A stretch of 63,729 nt of DNA, the filler included, from Squatina squatina (Eukaryota), in NCBI GenBank assembly GCA_031763465.1. It is 3 parts of 3 records of this genome, joined end to end, with 100 filler letters (N's around TTAATTAATTAA, not from the genome) between each part and the next. Parts side by side here need not be neighbours in the genome. Positions count along the whole stretch, not along the records: positions 25,583 to 50,631 come from JARFOE010000194.1; 2 more parts are not named here. The stretch is one strand, 5' to 3'. Positions 36,051 to 48,760 of this stretch are shown piece after piece. Each line of letters starts with the position of its first letter. Position 1 is the stretch's first letter. The notes beneath the pieces were generated by a model that worked only from the letters and a program-made list of their open reading frames with translations, searched no databases and was not told the origin of the DNA. The position numbers and the translations under genes were made by a program.

Positions 36051-36569
36051 NNNNNNNNNNNNNNNNNNNNNNNNNNNNNNNNNNNNNNNNNNNNNNNNNN
36101 NNNNNNNNNNNNNNNNNNNNNNNNNNNNNNNNNNNNNNNNNNNNNNNNNNAACTGCGCGTTAATTAGTTTTATTTGACGCTCTGTCATGTTATCATGGGG
36201 GTGGGGAGGTGTTGGTTCGAAAGTCCAACTTGGACTCTGCTGCACAGGGGATTTGTGATGTAACTGAGGAGAGAGAATGTGTGGCCCACTTAAAGTGTTA
36301 TGTTTGAATTATGATCCACTTACATGGTAAGTATATAACTGCTGCCTGTGATTCAGCACGACATGGAACAATAACATGCAGAACGCAACTAGTGTAGATT
36401 GCCTCCATTCATCACCATTGCCACTTTACTGGGCCCAGAATCAAGCCTTTCCCAGCCCCTGTGAGCCAATTGCTGTTAATTCTTTCTTTCTCGGAGCTCC
36501 TCCCTCATGCTTAGTTAGCACATGCATCCCTCAGTGTCGGCATTGAGTTACATTGACTTGGGAGGTTCT

Positions 36570-36890
36570 GTCTTCCAACCTACCCTTTCAGATGAGATAT
36601 TAACCGAGGCCCCGTCTGCCTTCTCAGGTGGATGTAAAAGATTCCAAGCGATTTGAAGAAGAGCAGGTGAGTTCTCCCCAGTATACTGGCCAATATTTAT
36701 CCCTCAACCAACACCACTAAAACAGCTTATTATTTCATTGCTGTTTGAGGGGCCTTGCTGTGAGCAAATTATCAGCCGTGTTTCATGCGTTACAACAGTG
36801 ACAATACTTCAAAAGTACTTCTTTGGCTGTAAAGCCCTTTGGGATGCCCTGAGGTCGTGAAAAGCGCTACAGAAATGCAGACCTTTTTCT
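36570..36890 (+). mobile_element. Deu-domain SINE (SacSINE1/AmnSINE1-like)
   Basis: accgaggccccgtctgccttctcaggtggatgtaaaagat...gaagaagagcagg...ggccaatatttatccctcaaccaacaccact; homologous to the 34329 copy. Confidence 0.75.
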
Positions 36891-39194
36891 TTTTACTGCC
36901 TGCCCCCAGTGCTACCTAACCCAGCCTCGCGATTGCTCCACTAACTTGTCTACGCCAGACACACTGGCTGGAATTTTCCACTCTCAGTCTGCGTTTTTTT
37001 TTTCCCCACTCGCTAAAACAAACAGGCAGGAAAGTTGCGGGCTGGGCAGCAGGGTATTGTGTGTATCTGTGGGTGGTGCCAAAAGGTGTTCTTCAGCAGT
37101 ACTTGAGGCACTGGCCTCCCCTGGGACGGTGAAGACAGCGATTGGATTTTAAACGGGTATCGTAAGAATTGCTGTGAACATGGCTTGGGGCAGGAGGAGG
37201 CCTTGGGGGCTGTCAGTGTGCAGGCCGAGGAAGGGACAAAAGGGATGTGCACAGGCCTGATGCCAAGCAAGGATTTGGCCAAACACCAGTTCCACCATGT
37301 GCGTTTTGTCCCTACATTAGGGGATTTCCTGGAATTGACTGGCACCTACGCCCTTTAGAGCTCTCTGATCGGGCTTGATTTTGGCTGGTGATGTGCCGCA
37401 CGATTATTGAAAATGCTCCATGGTCCAGAGAAGACCCTGGAGGCACACATCGTACACNNNNNNNNNNNNNNNNNNNNNNNNNNNNNNNNNNNNNNNNNNN
37501 NNNNNNNNNNNNNNNNNNNNNNNNNNNNNNNNNNNNNNNNNNNNNNNNNNNNNNNNNACAGTTAAGCATCCTCCCAAGACTCACACACAGATTAGGGCTA
37601 TTGGGTCAGGCACCAAAGGTCGGTCATTGCCCACGGAACCATACCTCAGCAAGAAGCCAAGGCATTCCGGAGGGTAAAAGGCCAGAGAAAATTGGCAGAG
37701 AAAGTAGATGAGAAAAGGGAAAAAATGTTAACAGAAGGAAACAAAAAGGATATTACAGTTAAGTGTGATTCTTTGTATTCATTTTGGTTTTTCAAAAGGA
37801 GCCATAATTGTGAAATCCCCTAATCTTGCCTATTTTAACTATTTATTTATATTGATTTAACAGGGCTTTGCTGTAGTTCCACAAAGGACTACAGACTGTG
37901 TTTTGCAGAGTCAAACATTTTATCGCATCAAAATCATGTTAACATTTACATGACATTTTGGCAAAACAATTTGGAAACATCAGGTCGTATCCTCTCGACC
38001 ACAATTACTTTTCTAAATTCTGTTTTTCATTTGTTAAAGTTGTCAAATGTGCGCTGGAATACCCTGGAGACTATAGTTCGTTGTCTGACTTGGAAAAAAT
38101 TGCACAACTCTTAAGTATAGCAAACTAGATGGAAATCAAAGTACACACAGCAAAGTTTGAGCTTTTTTCACCAAAGTCCTGCTGCAATATATTTGGAAAA
38201 CACTAAATGAACCACACACAGTAATGATTTTGTTCACAGCATGAGCATTGTCTACAATTAATTTTGCTCCACTTAATGTGTTATTACATCCTAGAAATCT
38301 AGTAAAACACCACATTTGATGATTCCTTCCCATGAAGTCGTTAAAAGTTAAAATAGATTTGCTAGATGTCACACAGTAAATCGGGAATAAAAAGTGTAAT
38401 TGGAAATCAAGAATATAATTGATTTGTTTTTAAAAGGAAAAAGCTCCATTGGAGTCAATACAAACTGTAACTTTTGAATATGTAGATATTGGTTGTCAGT
38501 GGGGCAGGGATTACAGAAGACTTTTAACATGCTTTACCATGAAGTGGCGGGTAAGTGCCTGATCTCATCTGTGCAATTATAGAAGGGTAATTGTAGGTCA
38601 ACCCAACCATTAGCACTTTTATGCAGATTCTGGTCATTAGGTCAAAAGTTACATTGACAGTTCTGCAGGAATAAGTTACCTGTTTGCCCTTAAGACTAGG
38701 AAAATTGAAAGAGGTAGGAGAAAACAATAAATGTAAAATTTGTGCATCCCTGTCATTCACAAGGTAGTTGTTCAAGTGCCAAATGTTCTGGTTTGAAGTT
38801 GCACAGAGGTGTGACAGTGAAGATGTCTCAAAAACTCTTCATATGTGGTGTTATGAAAGAGAATCTTTGTAGTGTAACAATAAATGCAGCCTTTTACTCA
38901 CCCACGGAATACATTACATAGGAATTGCTAGACAAATAAAGGAATTGCCTGATGAATAAAGACCAAGGTCTATTTAGTTTGTCTTCCACAATCCTGGTAG
39001 ATGCATGATACAATGATATTGGAGTTGTTGACTAATCATTGCAGTCAGTCTCGATCAGTTAGTCTATAACAGACCCAAAAATGACATTTGGAAAACCTCA
39101 GTGATGGAGAGCTTTGGGAACCATTGGTCCAAAGTTAGGATTTTCCTCCTTAGCGTTCTACACGTATCACATGTGGTGCTTCCAATTACTGTTG

Positions 39195-39350
39195 TATCAT
39201 AGAATAATACAGCACAGAAGGAGGCCATTCGACCCATTGAGTCTGCGCTGGCTCTTTTGAAGAGCAATCCAATTAGTCCCATTCCTTCGCTCTTTTCCCC
39301 TGTCCCTGTAATCTTTTTCTCCTTCAAGTATTTTGCCAATTCCCTTTTAT
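39195..39350 (-). mobile_element. CR1-like LINE 3' UTR fragment
   Basis: atcatagaataatacagcacagaaggaggccattcgacccat is homologous to 31878-32030. Confidence 0.75.
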
Positions 39351-39793
39351 TATTTTCTGAATTTGAACGAATCAACACTACCTGCTTCTCCTGTCTCCCT
39401 CGGGATCCTGTTCCATAGATTATCCACTCACTCATTAAAATAATGCTTCCACAGGTTAGTTGCCCATGATATTTATTTATGTTGCTGGAGCAGTGGAAGC
39501 AAATACTGTGGAATTACTTACGAAGCAATTGGATGGCAGTGTAGGGTCTTTCATTACAGACAACCCAGAATGGGTCCAAAGGGCTCGTCTAGCCTTATTT
39601 TGTGATCAGTCCCGCAGTAACCCTTTTAACAGTTTGCTCTGTGCCTCCTGTAATTATTGCAATAGCGCTGCTCACCTGCAATGACTGTGCTTTAAAGAGA
39701 GAAGTGATAAAAATACAAAGGCAAGCTCACTCTTTTCCAAGACTCCCTAACAAGCAGTTTCCTCCGCTTCGGTGACCAGCCTTGGCCCTTTTG

Positions 39794-39812
39794 TAGCCAC
39801 GAGATGGCAGTG
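39794..39812 (+). promoter_or_regulatory. Candidate CTCF-binding site
   Basis: tagCCACGAGATGGCAGtg vs core consensus CCASYAGRKGGCRS (one mismatch); motif match only. Confidence 0.4.
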
Positions 39813-40371
39813 CTGGGCTGTGGATCGCGGGACAGTGGCTCTGACTGGCTTGTGCAAGTTGTAAGAGTTTGGTTTGATCCGAAAGTGCAGTCAGTTGTGA
39901 GAATCTTCCAGCAATTCCCCGAGAGTAGCCCCGTGGGAGTGCACTGTTCACCTGGCAGTGTAGGCACTGTAAACAATGAATCCCGTTTCTGTTGGTTTAA
40001 TTTCTTGTTTGTGCAAAGGCTAAAGTGCTTCAGTGCATGTGTGATATTTTCACAGTAATTAACCCACTTGAAATGGACAGGTTAACATCTCCTTCAGAAG
40101 TGTCGTCCCGTAGTTTAGTCGCCAGCCACATGTGGCTAATTGGGAGTCCGGATGTGATTGGTTGGGAACCAAGATGTTGTATTTCTGATGAGCAAATGAC
40201 AAATGTGTAACAGACACAAACGTTGGGCATGTGGTCTCTCTGCTCAGATTTGCATGCTGTGTGTAGTAAGCGTTAGTCTTTTTGCGGGTTTGTTAGTAAA
40301 ATGAAAAGCAGAGTGTGTAAGTGTTTTTGATCATTGTGAGTGCTTTACTGGTCAGTTGGAACCAGACTGTT

Positions 40372-40925
40372 TGCAGCCACAACTCGAGTATTGTGTCCAG
40401 TTCTGGTCACCACACTTTACAAACGATGTGAAGGTCCTTGAGAGGGTACAGAGGAGATTTACCAGAGTGGTTCCAGGGATGAGGGATTTTAGCTACGAGG
40501 TTAGGTTGGAGAAGCTGGGCTTGTTCTCCTTGGAGCAAAGGAGGTTGAGGGGAGATTCGATGGAGGTGTACAAGATTATGACGGGTTTGGATAAGGTAGA
40601 CAAAGAAAAGCTGTTCCCATTAGCGGATGCTACAAGGACCAGTGGACACAGATTTAAGGTTTTGGGAAACAGATACAGGGGGGATGTGAGGAAAAACCTT
40701 TTTACGCAGTGAGTGGTGATGACCTGGAACTCGCTGCCTACGAGGGTGGTGGAAGCGGAGATGATCAATGATTTCAAAAGAAAATTGGATGGGCACTTGA
40801 GGGAAATAAACTTGCAGGACTACGAGGATAGAGCGGGGGAGTGGGACTGACTGAATTGCTTTACAGAGAGCCGGCATGGACTCGATGGGCTGAATGGCCT
40901 CCTTCTGTGCTGTACCGACACTATG
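40372..40925 (+). mobile_element. CR1-like LINE 3' portion (RT C-terminus + 3' UTR)
   Basis: PQLEYCVQFWSPHFTNDVKVLERVQRRFTRVVPGMRDFSYEVRLEKLGLFSLEQRRLRGD; premature TGA at the TQRVV motif; gggctgaatggcctccttctgtgctgt tail. Confidence 0.92.
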
Positions 40926-42906
40926 AGTTACATTTGTGGCCACCTATAAAATACTGGAGCCTCTCTGGGATGCCTCTTGGCCAGTGATGTTACTGCAGTG
41001 GTTCAAAATATGAGGCTCTCTGAATGAGATTTAAAAAAATGTCTTTAAAAAACCTCAAGGCAGTTTTTTGCCATTTTATAAATAGAAATTTGGGGATCGA
41101 TTGAACATAAAATACATTCCTGGGGCTTTCATTCTCCTGTAGAAAGAACCCCCTTGGACCTTTGCTCTCTTTCCTGGTTACAAGTTAAATGAAAAGCTTA
41201 CTTATAAAGGCAAGCTGAACTCAACTTGCTGCAATGACACCATAAAGAATTCAATGATCATGGGACTTACAAACGGACATATCATCACAACAGTTGCATA
41301 ATCCTGTGCTCCAGTTGCCAGTACCCACATTCAACCGAGCCGTAGGCTGCTGAATAATCACAGTCGTTGATGTCATGTTTGACAGGAGTGGGCACTGATG
41401 CCTTTATGTAGAAGACAAGAGATACAGGCAGGCTGCAAAACAAATCAAATTATTCTTATTAGCAAACAGTTAAANNNNNNNNNNNNNNNNNNNNNNNNNN
41501 NNNNNNNNNNNNNNNNNNNNNNNNNNNNNNNNNNNNNNNNNNNNNNNNNNNNNNNNNNNNNNNNNNNNNNNNNNGAACTCCTTTTCTCCATCAGTCTTCC
41601 TTTATTATACATTTCCCACATTTCTTAAACTCAAGCTCAAACCTGACAGCTGGTTCTTAACTTATCTCTTCTTTTCTCCTTGTACCTTGCTGTAGTCCTG
41701 CTCTGTGGGCTTTAGTTATTGATCTAGGCTTATCAATTGCATATATGTAGAAATAAGAGTAGAGGGTTGGGTGCGGAGCAGAAGGGGAGACCACCCCAAG
41801 TTTTCCCTCCGGCCTTGCTGGATGTGCAGGAGAATCAATTGTTTTTGGGTCCTGGAACAATGGACTTGAGAGCGAGGCGCTAACACAGAGACAAAAGCAG
41901 AGGCAGGAAATCAATACTGAGAGCCTCTGGTGTGCAGACTGTTTGATTTGTAATGCATAGCTGAGAGACAGAGAGACTCTGACCCGCATCAGCTCTTCAT
42001 GCAGAATGAGCAGATCATTGAGAAGGTATCACAGGCTGTCAGTACAGTAGGGTTACCGAAAGCACCTGCTTCTCGTCTAATTGATAAGGAATCGTAGAGG
42101 GAAATAATACAGGAGCTTCAAAACGAATCCTAAAAATAAATAGACTTCAAATAAACAAGACTTTTTTTCTTCCATCCCTTCTTCTATGCACACCACCNNN
42201 NNNNNNNNNNNNNNNNNNNNNNNNNNNNNNNNNNNNNNNNNNNNNNNNNNNNNNNNNNNNNNNNNNNNNNNNNNNNNNNNNNNNNNNNNNNNNNNNNTAA
42301 AACATGCAAAGGATGGGTAAGACATCAGAATACAACCTCTTAGAAGGAATAGGAATTTTGTGGTACAATACAAAAGCACCAAGGCAAAATGTGGGAGCAA
42401 ATTGCCTGATAAAGTAGGTCTGTGTTTCCCGCACCGACACACCGTAATCAATAACCAGCCAATTTTAAGCAAAAGTCCTCTTAAATATTTAAAATCCAAT
42501 TAACTGATGGAAACTCTGCCAAGGCTAATTGCGAGGGTTGTGCAAAGAGACAGGTTTCTCGCAGCTGTCAATTCGGAGACTTGGCAGCGTGACAGATCCA
42601 GGGTAAAGAAGGAAAAAAAAACACCAGCCAATTCAAATCACTCAGAGACTCCTGCAACAGAAATGTGGAAATTAAGCTGGGCTGCTATTGCTTTGGACCT
42701 CAACTTACTTAAAGTGCCTTCACAGACGTTGAACCTTAATTATATCATGAGTGGGGAGACCACCGCAGTGAAGTGGATGTGGAAAGCTCACTGAGGCATT
42801 CTGGAANNNNNNNNNNNNNNNNNNNNNNNNNNNNNNNNNNNNNNNNNNNNNNNNNNNNNNNNNNNNNNNNNNNNNNNNNNNNNNNNNNNNNNNNNNNNNN
42901 NNNNNN

Positions 42907-45900
42907 GCTCCTGATCCTGATCCTGTTAGAGCTCCTGCTCCTGCTCCTGCTCTTATTCCTGCTCCTGATCCTGCTCGTGTTAGTGCTCCTGCTCCTGCTC
43001 CTGATCCTGCTCTTATTCCTGCTCCTGATCCTGCTCCTGTTACTGCTCCTGCACCTGCTACTGCTCCTGTTATTGCTCCTGCTCCTGATCCTGCTCCTAT
43101 TCCTGCTCCTGTTCTGTTACTGCTCCTACTCCTGTTCTGTTACTGCTCCTACTCCTGTTCCTCCTGTTCCTGTTACTGCTCCGGTTATTGCTCCTGATCC
43201 TGCACCAGCTCCTCCTCCTGATCCTGAAACTGCCCCTAAACCTGCTCCTGCTACTGCTCCTGTTATTACACCTGTTCCTGATCCTGTTCTTGCTTCTGCT
43301 CCTGCTCCTGCTTCTGTTATTGCTGCTGCTTCTGTTCCAGCTCCTGTTCCTGCTCCTGTTCCTGCACCTGCTCCTGCTCCTGCTCCTGCTTCTGTTCTGG
43401 CTCCTGTTCCTGTTCCTGCTTATTTTCTGGCACGTGTTACTGCTCCTGCTCCTGCTCCTGTTCCTGCTCCTGTTCCTGCTCTTGTTCTGACACCTGCTCC
43501 TGCTCCTGCTCCTGTTCCTGCTCCTGTTCTGTTACTGCTCCCAATCATGTTCCTCCTCCTGTTCCTGCTCCTGTTATTGCTCCTGATCCTGCTCCAGCTC
43601 CTGCTCCTGATCCTGATCCTGCCCCTGCCCCAGATCCTGCTCCTGCTCCTATTATTGCACCTGATCCTGGTATTGCTCCTGCTCCTGATCCTGATATTGC
43701 TCCAGATCCTGCTATTGCTCCTGCTCCTGATCCTGTTATTGCTGCTGCTCCTGTTCCAGCTCCTGTTCCTGCTCCTGTTCCCGCACCTGCTCCTGCTCCT
43801 GCTCCTGTTCTGGCTCCTGTTCCTGTTCCTGCTTCTTTTCCGGCACGTGTTATTGCTCCTGCTCCTCCTCCTGTTCCTGCTCCTCTTCCTGTTATTGCAC
43901 ATGCTCCTGCTCCTGCTCCTGATCCTGCTCCTGTTCCTCCTACTGCCCCTGTTATTGCTCCTGCTCCTGCTCCTGTTCCTGCTCCTGATCCTGATCTGGC
44001 TCCTGTTATTGCTCCTGCTCCTGCTCCTGATCCTGCTCCTGTTCCTGCTCCTGTTACTGCTTCTGCTCCTCTTCCTTCTCCTGTTCCTGTTATTGCTCCT
44101 GCTCCTGCTCCTTCTCCTGTTCCTGTTATTGCTCCTGCTCCTGCTCCTGATCCTGCTCCTGCTCCTGCTCCTGTTCTGTTGCTGCTCCTGCTCCTGTTCC
44201 TCCTCCTGCTCCTGTTGTTGCTCCTGATCCTGCTCCAGCCCCTGCTCCTGATCCTGATCCTGCCCCTGCCCCAGAGCCTGCTCCTGCTCCTGCTCCTGTT
44301 ATTGCTCCTGATCCTGCTATTGCTCCTGCTCCTGATCCTGTTATTGCTCCAGATCCTGCTATTGATCCTGTTATTGCTGCTTCTCCTGTTCCAGCTCCTG
44401 TTCCCGCACCTGCTCATGCTCATTTTCCGGCACCTGTTACTGCTCCTGCTCCTGTTCCTATTCTTGTTCTGGCACCTGCTCCTGCTCCCGTTCCTGTTAC
44501 TGCTCCTGCTCCTGTTCCTCCTCGTGGTCCAGTTCCTGCTCCTGTTATTTCTGCTAATCCTGCTCCAGCACCTGCTCCTGATCGTGATACTGCCCTGCCA
44601 ATGCTCCTGTTATTACAGCTGTTCCTGATCCTGTTCCGGTTCCTGCTCCTGTTCTTGCTCCTGCTCCTGCTCCTGCTTCTGATCTTGCTCCTACTGTTCC
44701 TGCTCCTGCTCCTGCTTCTGTTCTTGCTCCTGCTCCTGTTCTTGCTCCTGCTCCTGCTCCTGTTTCAGCTCCTGATCCTGATACTGCTCCTGCCCCTGAT
44801 CCTGTTCTTGCACCTGCTCCTGTACTTGCTCCTGCTCCTGCTCCAGCTCCTGCTCCTGCTTCTGTTCTTGCTCCTACTCCTGTTCCTGCTCCTGCTTCTG
44901 TTCTTGCTCCTGCTCCTGCTCTTGCTCCTGCTCCTGCTCCTGTTTTGGCTCCTGATCCTGATACTGCTCCTGCCGCTGTTCCTGTTCTTGCTCCTGCTCC
45001 TACTCCAGCTCCTGCTCCTGCTTCTGTTGTTGCTCCTACTCCTGTTCCTGCCCCTGCTCCTGCTTCTGTTCTTGCTCCTGCTCCTGCTCCTGTTTCGGCT
45101 CCTGCTCCTGCTCCTGCTCCGGTTCCTGCTCCTGTTCCTGTTCCTGCTCCTGTTATTTCTCTTGCTTCTGCTCCTGCTCCTGCTTCTGTTATTGCTGCTG
45201 CTCCTGTTCCTCCTCCTGCTCCTGTTGTTGCTCCTGATCCTGCTCCAGCACCTGCTCCTGCTCCTGATCCTGCCCCTGCCCCAGAGCTTGCTCCTGCTCC
45301 TGCTCCTGTTGTTGCTCCTGATCCTGCTATTGCTCCTGCTCCTGATCCTGTTATTGCTGCAGATCCTGCTATTGCTCCACCTCCTGCTCCTGATCCTGTT
45401 ATTGCTGCTGCTCCTGTTCCTGTTTCTGCACCTGCTCCTGTTCCTGCTCCTGTTCTGGCTCCTGCTCCTGTTCCGGCTCCTGTTCTTGCTCCTGTTCCTG
45501 TTCCTACTTCTTTTCCGGCATGTGTTACTGCTCCTGCTCCTGCTCCAGTTTCTGCTCCTATTCCTGCTCCTGTTCCTGTTATTGCACCTGCTCCTGCTCA
45601 TTCTCCAGCTCCTGCTCCTGTTATTGCTCCTGCTCATGATCCTGTTATTGCTCCTGCTCCTGCTCCTGTCATTGCTCCTGATCCTGGTATTGCTCCTGAT
45701 CCTGTTCTGGCTTCTGTTCCTGCTTCGGTTCCTGCTCCTGCTCCTGTTGCTGCTCCAGTTCCCTCACCTGCTCCTGCTCCTGTTCCTATTACTGCTCCTG
45801 CTCCTGTTCCCGCACTTGTTCCTGCTCCAGCTCCTGCTCCCATTCCTGCTCTGGCTCCTGCTCCTGCTTCTATTCTGGCTCCAGCTCCGGCTGCTGTTCC

Positions 45901-47830
45901 TGCACCTGCTCCTGCCCCTGATCCTGTTACTGCTCCTGGTCCTTTCCTGCTCTTGTTCTGGCACCTGTTACTGCTCCTGCCACAGATCCTGTTCCTGCTC
46001 CACCTCCTGCTCCTGTTCCTGTTACTGATCCTGCTCCTGCTTCTCCTGCTCCTGATTCTGTTCCTGCTGCTGCTCCTGCTTCTGATCCTGCTCCTGCTCC
46101 TGTTCCTTCTCCGTTCCTGCTCCGGTTATTGCTCCTGCTCCTGCTCATGATCCTGCTCCTGCTCCTGCTCCTGTTCCTGCTCCTGTTCCTGTTCCTGCTT
46201 CTCTTATTGCTCCTGATCCTGCTCCAGCTCCTGCTCCTGATCCTGATCCTGCCCCTAATACTGCTCCTGCTACTGCTCCTGTTATTGCACCTGTTCCTGA
46301 TCCTGTTATTGCTCCTGATCCTGCTATTGCTCCTGCCCCTGATCCTGTTATTGGTCCTGCTCCTGTTCCTGCTCCTGTTCCGGCTCCAGCTCTGGCTCCT
46401 GTTCCTGCACCTGCTCCTGCCCCTGATCCTGTTATTGCTCCTGTTCCTATTCCTGCTCTTGTTCCTGCTCCTGTTCCTGTTCCAGCACCTGATACTGCCC
46501 CTGCTGCTGTTCCAGCTCCTGCTCCTGCTTCTTCTCCTGTTCTTGCTCCTGCTCCTGTTCTTGCTCCTGCTCCTGCTCCTGTTCCTGCACCTGTTCCTGT
46601 TCCCGCACCTGTTCCTGTTCCTGTTCCCGCACCTCTTCCTGCTCCTGCTCCTGTTCCTGCTCGTGTTCCTGCTATAGCCCCTGCTCCTGTTCCTGCTCGG
46701 GCTTCTGCTCCAGCTCCTGAACCTATTCCTGATCCTGTTCCTGCTCTAGTTCCTGCTCCTGCTCCGGCTCCAGTTCCTGCTCTGGTTCCAGCTCCTGTGC
46801 CGGCTCCAGCACTGGCTCTTGTTCCTGTTCCTGCTCCTATTGTTGCTCCTGCTCCTGCTCCTGTTCCTGCACCTGTTCTTCCTCCTGCTTCTGTTCTTGC
46901 TCCTGCTCCTGTTCTTGCTCCTGCTCCTGTTCCTGTTCCTGCTCCTATTCTTGCTCCTGTTCCTGCACCTGTTCTTCCTCCTGCTTCTGTTCTTGCTCCT
47001 GCTCCTGTTCCTGTTCTTCCTCCTGCTCCTGCTCCTGTTCCTGCTCCTGCTCTGGTTCCTGCTCCTGTTCTTGCTCTTGCTCCTGTTCTTGCTCCTGCTC
47101 CTGCTCCTACTCATATTCCTGCTCCTGTTGTTGCTCCTGCTCCTGCTCCTGTTTTGGCAGCTGATCCTGATACTGCTCCTGTTCCTGTTCTTGCTCCTGC
47201 TCCTGTTTTGGCTCCTAATCCTGATACTGCTTCTGCTCCTGCTCCTGTTCTTGCTCCAGCGCCTATACCTGCTCCTGTTCCCGCACCTGTTCCCATACCT
47301 GCTCCTGCTCCTTTTCCTGCACCTGTTCCCACATCTGTTCCTGCTCCTGCTCCTGCTACTGTCTCTGTTCCTGCTCCTGCTACTGCTCCTGTTCCCGCAC
47401 CTGTTCCTGCTCCTGTTCCTGCTCCTGTTCCGGCTCTGCCTCCACCTGCTCCTGCTACTGCTCCTGTTCCCACACTTGTTCCTGCTCCTGCTCCTGCTCC
47501 TGTTCCTGCACATGTTGCTGCTCCTGCTCCTGATCCTGCTCCTGCTCCTGCTCCTTCTTCAGCTCCTGTTCCCTCACCTGCTCCTGCTCCTGCTCCTGTT
47601 CCTGCAACTGTTACTGTTCCCACACCTGTTCCTGTTTCTCTTCCCGCACCTGTTCCTGTTCCTGCTCCTGCTCCTGTTCCTGCTATTTCACCTGCTCCTG
47701 TTCCTGCTCCGGCTTCTGCTCCTGTTCCTGCTCTAGTTCCTGCTCCTGCTCCGGCTCCTGTTCCTGCACCTGTTCCTGTTCCCGCACCTGTTCCTGTTCC
47801 TGTTCCCGCACCTCTTCCTGCTCCTGCTCC
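42907..47830. repeat. 4.9-kb degenerate hexamer tandem array, consensus (CCTGCT)n with CCTGTT/CCTGAT/ATTGCT variants
   Basis: Directly visible; both ends abut 100-N gaps; produces the poly-Leu, (AP)n, (GA)n, (RS)n and (EQ)n ORFs in the track. Confidence 0.97.
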
Positions 47831-47930
47831 NNNNNNNNNNNNNNNNNNNNNNNNNNNNNNNNNNNNNNNNNNNNNNNNNNNNNNNNNNNNNNNNNNNNNN
47901 NNNNNNNNNNNNNNNNNNNNNNNNNNNNNN

Positions 47931-48510
47931 GGGTTATGCTGATAAAGTTACATGGGGAAACATGGGAGGAGGCTCGAGTGAAGCATAAACACCGGCATGG
48001 ACTGGTTGGGCCGAATGGCCTGAATCTGTGCCGTATATGCTGTGTAATCAGAAGAGAATGGAGAGCCCTGCAACGGGTAAAATAATGGCCAATTATAAGC
48101 CGGAGCTTTGTGTTAAGATTTTGGTCTTGAAAAAGTTAGGACTGTTCTCCTTGGAACAGAGAAGCTTAAGAGTTGACCTCATAGAGGCTTTCAAGATGCT
48201 GTGACGCTTTGATAGAGTAAATAGGGAAAAAAATGGGTCAATAATTAGATGTCTTGGATTCAAAATCATTGGAAAAGATTTAGCGGGGACATGAGAAATG
48301 TTTTCACTCGGAGAGTTGTCGAGATCTGGAACGCTCGACCTGAAACAATGGTGGAAGCTGATCCCATAAATAATTTTATATGGGAGTTGGGTGGGTAAGG
48401 AACTGACAGGTTCACGGACAAAAGACGGGGATGTGGGACTGAGCACGACTGCTCTTTGAAAGAGCCAGCACAGGCGCGAGGGGCCAAATGGCCTCTGATT
48501 ATAAAATACT
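47931..48510 (+). mobile_element. Two CR1-like 3' fragments
   Basis: 47931-48050 is a 3' UTR (gggccgaatggcctg); 48120-48510 reads LEKLGLFSLEQRSLRVDLIEAFKML with a decayed 3' end. Confidence 0.75.
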
Positions 48511-48589
48511 TCCTGACTGGAAGGGCAGATGACTGCTGCACTCTTGAGTTGCCAACTGTCTTACTCCGAGGCAAGAGCTCTACAGCTAA

Positions 48590-48760
48590 CACCGTGGCTT
48601 GGGGTTGTTATGTCTGCAAAAGTGGCAGCCGATTTGCACACAGCAAAGTCCCTCAAACAGCATTGAGACAATCGGACAAATTAGTCTGTGTCAGTGACTG
48701 AGAGATGAATGGTGAGCAGCACAGCAGGCGAGGCCCTCTGCTGTTCATTGAAAATTATTC
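48590..48760 (-). mobile_element. Deu-SINE fragment
   Basis: ggcagccgatttgcacacagcaaagtccctcaaacagca is the reverse complement of tgctgtttgagggg.cttgctgtgagcaaatt in the 36570 copy. Confidence 0.55.

Noticed and set aside
42907-47830. Immunoglobulin switch-like region (dense TGCT/AGCA WGCW motifs)
   Set aside because: No Ig exons on the scaffold; the motif density follows trivially from the repeat unit
42773-47942. Long ORFs (poly-Leu 484/475 aa, AP-rich 401/381 aa, RS-rich 290 aa, GA-rich) as real genes
   Set aside because: All are alternative readings of one hexamer array that rarely generates stops; frames switch at single-base slips; no unique domain or splice context is visible
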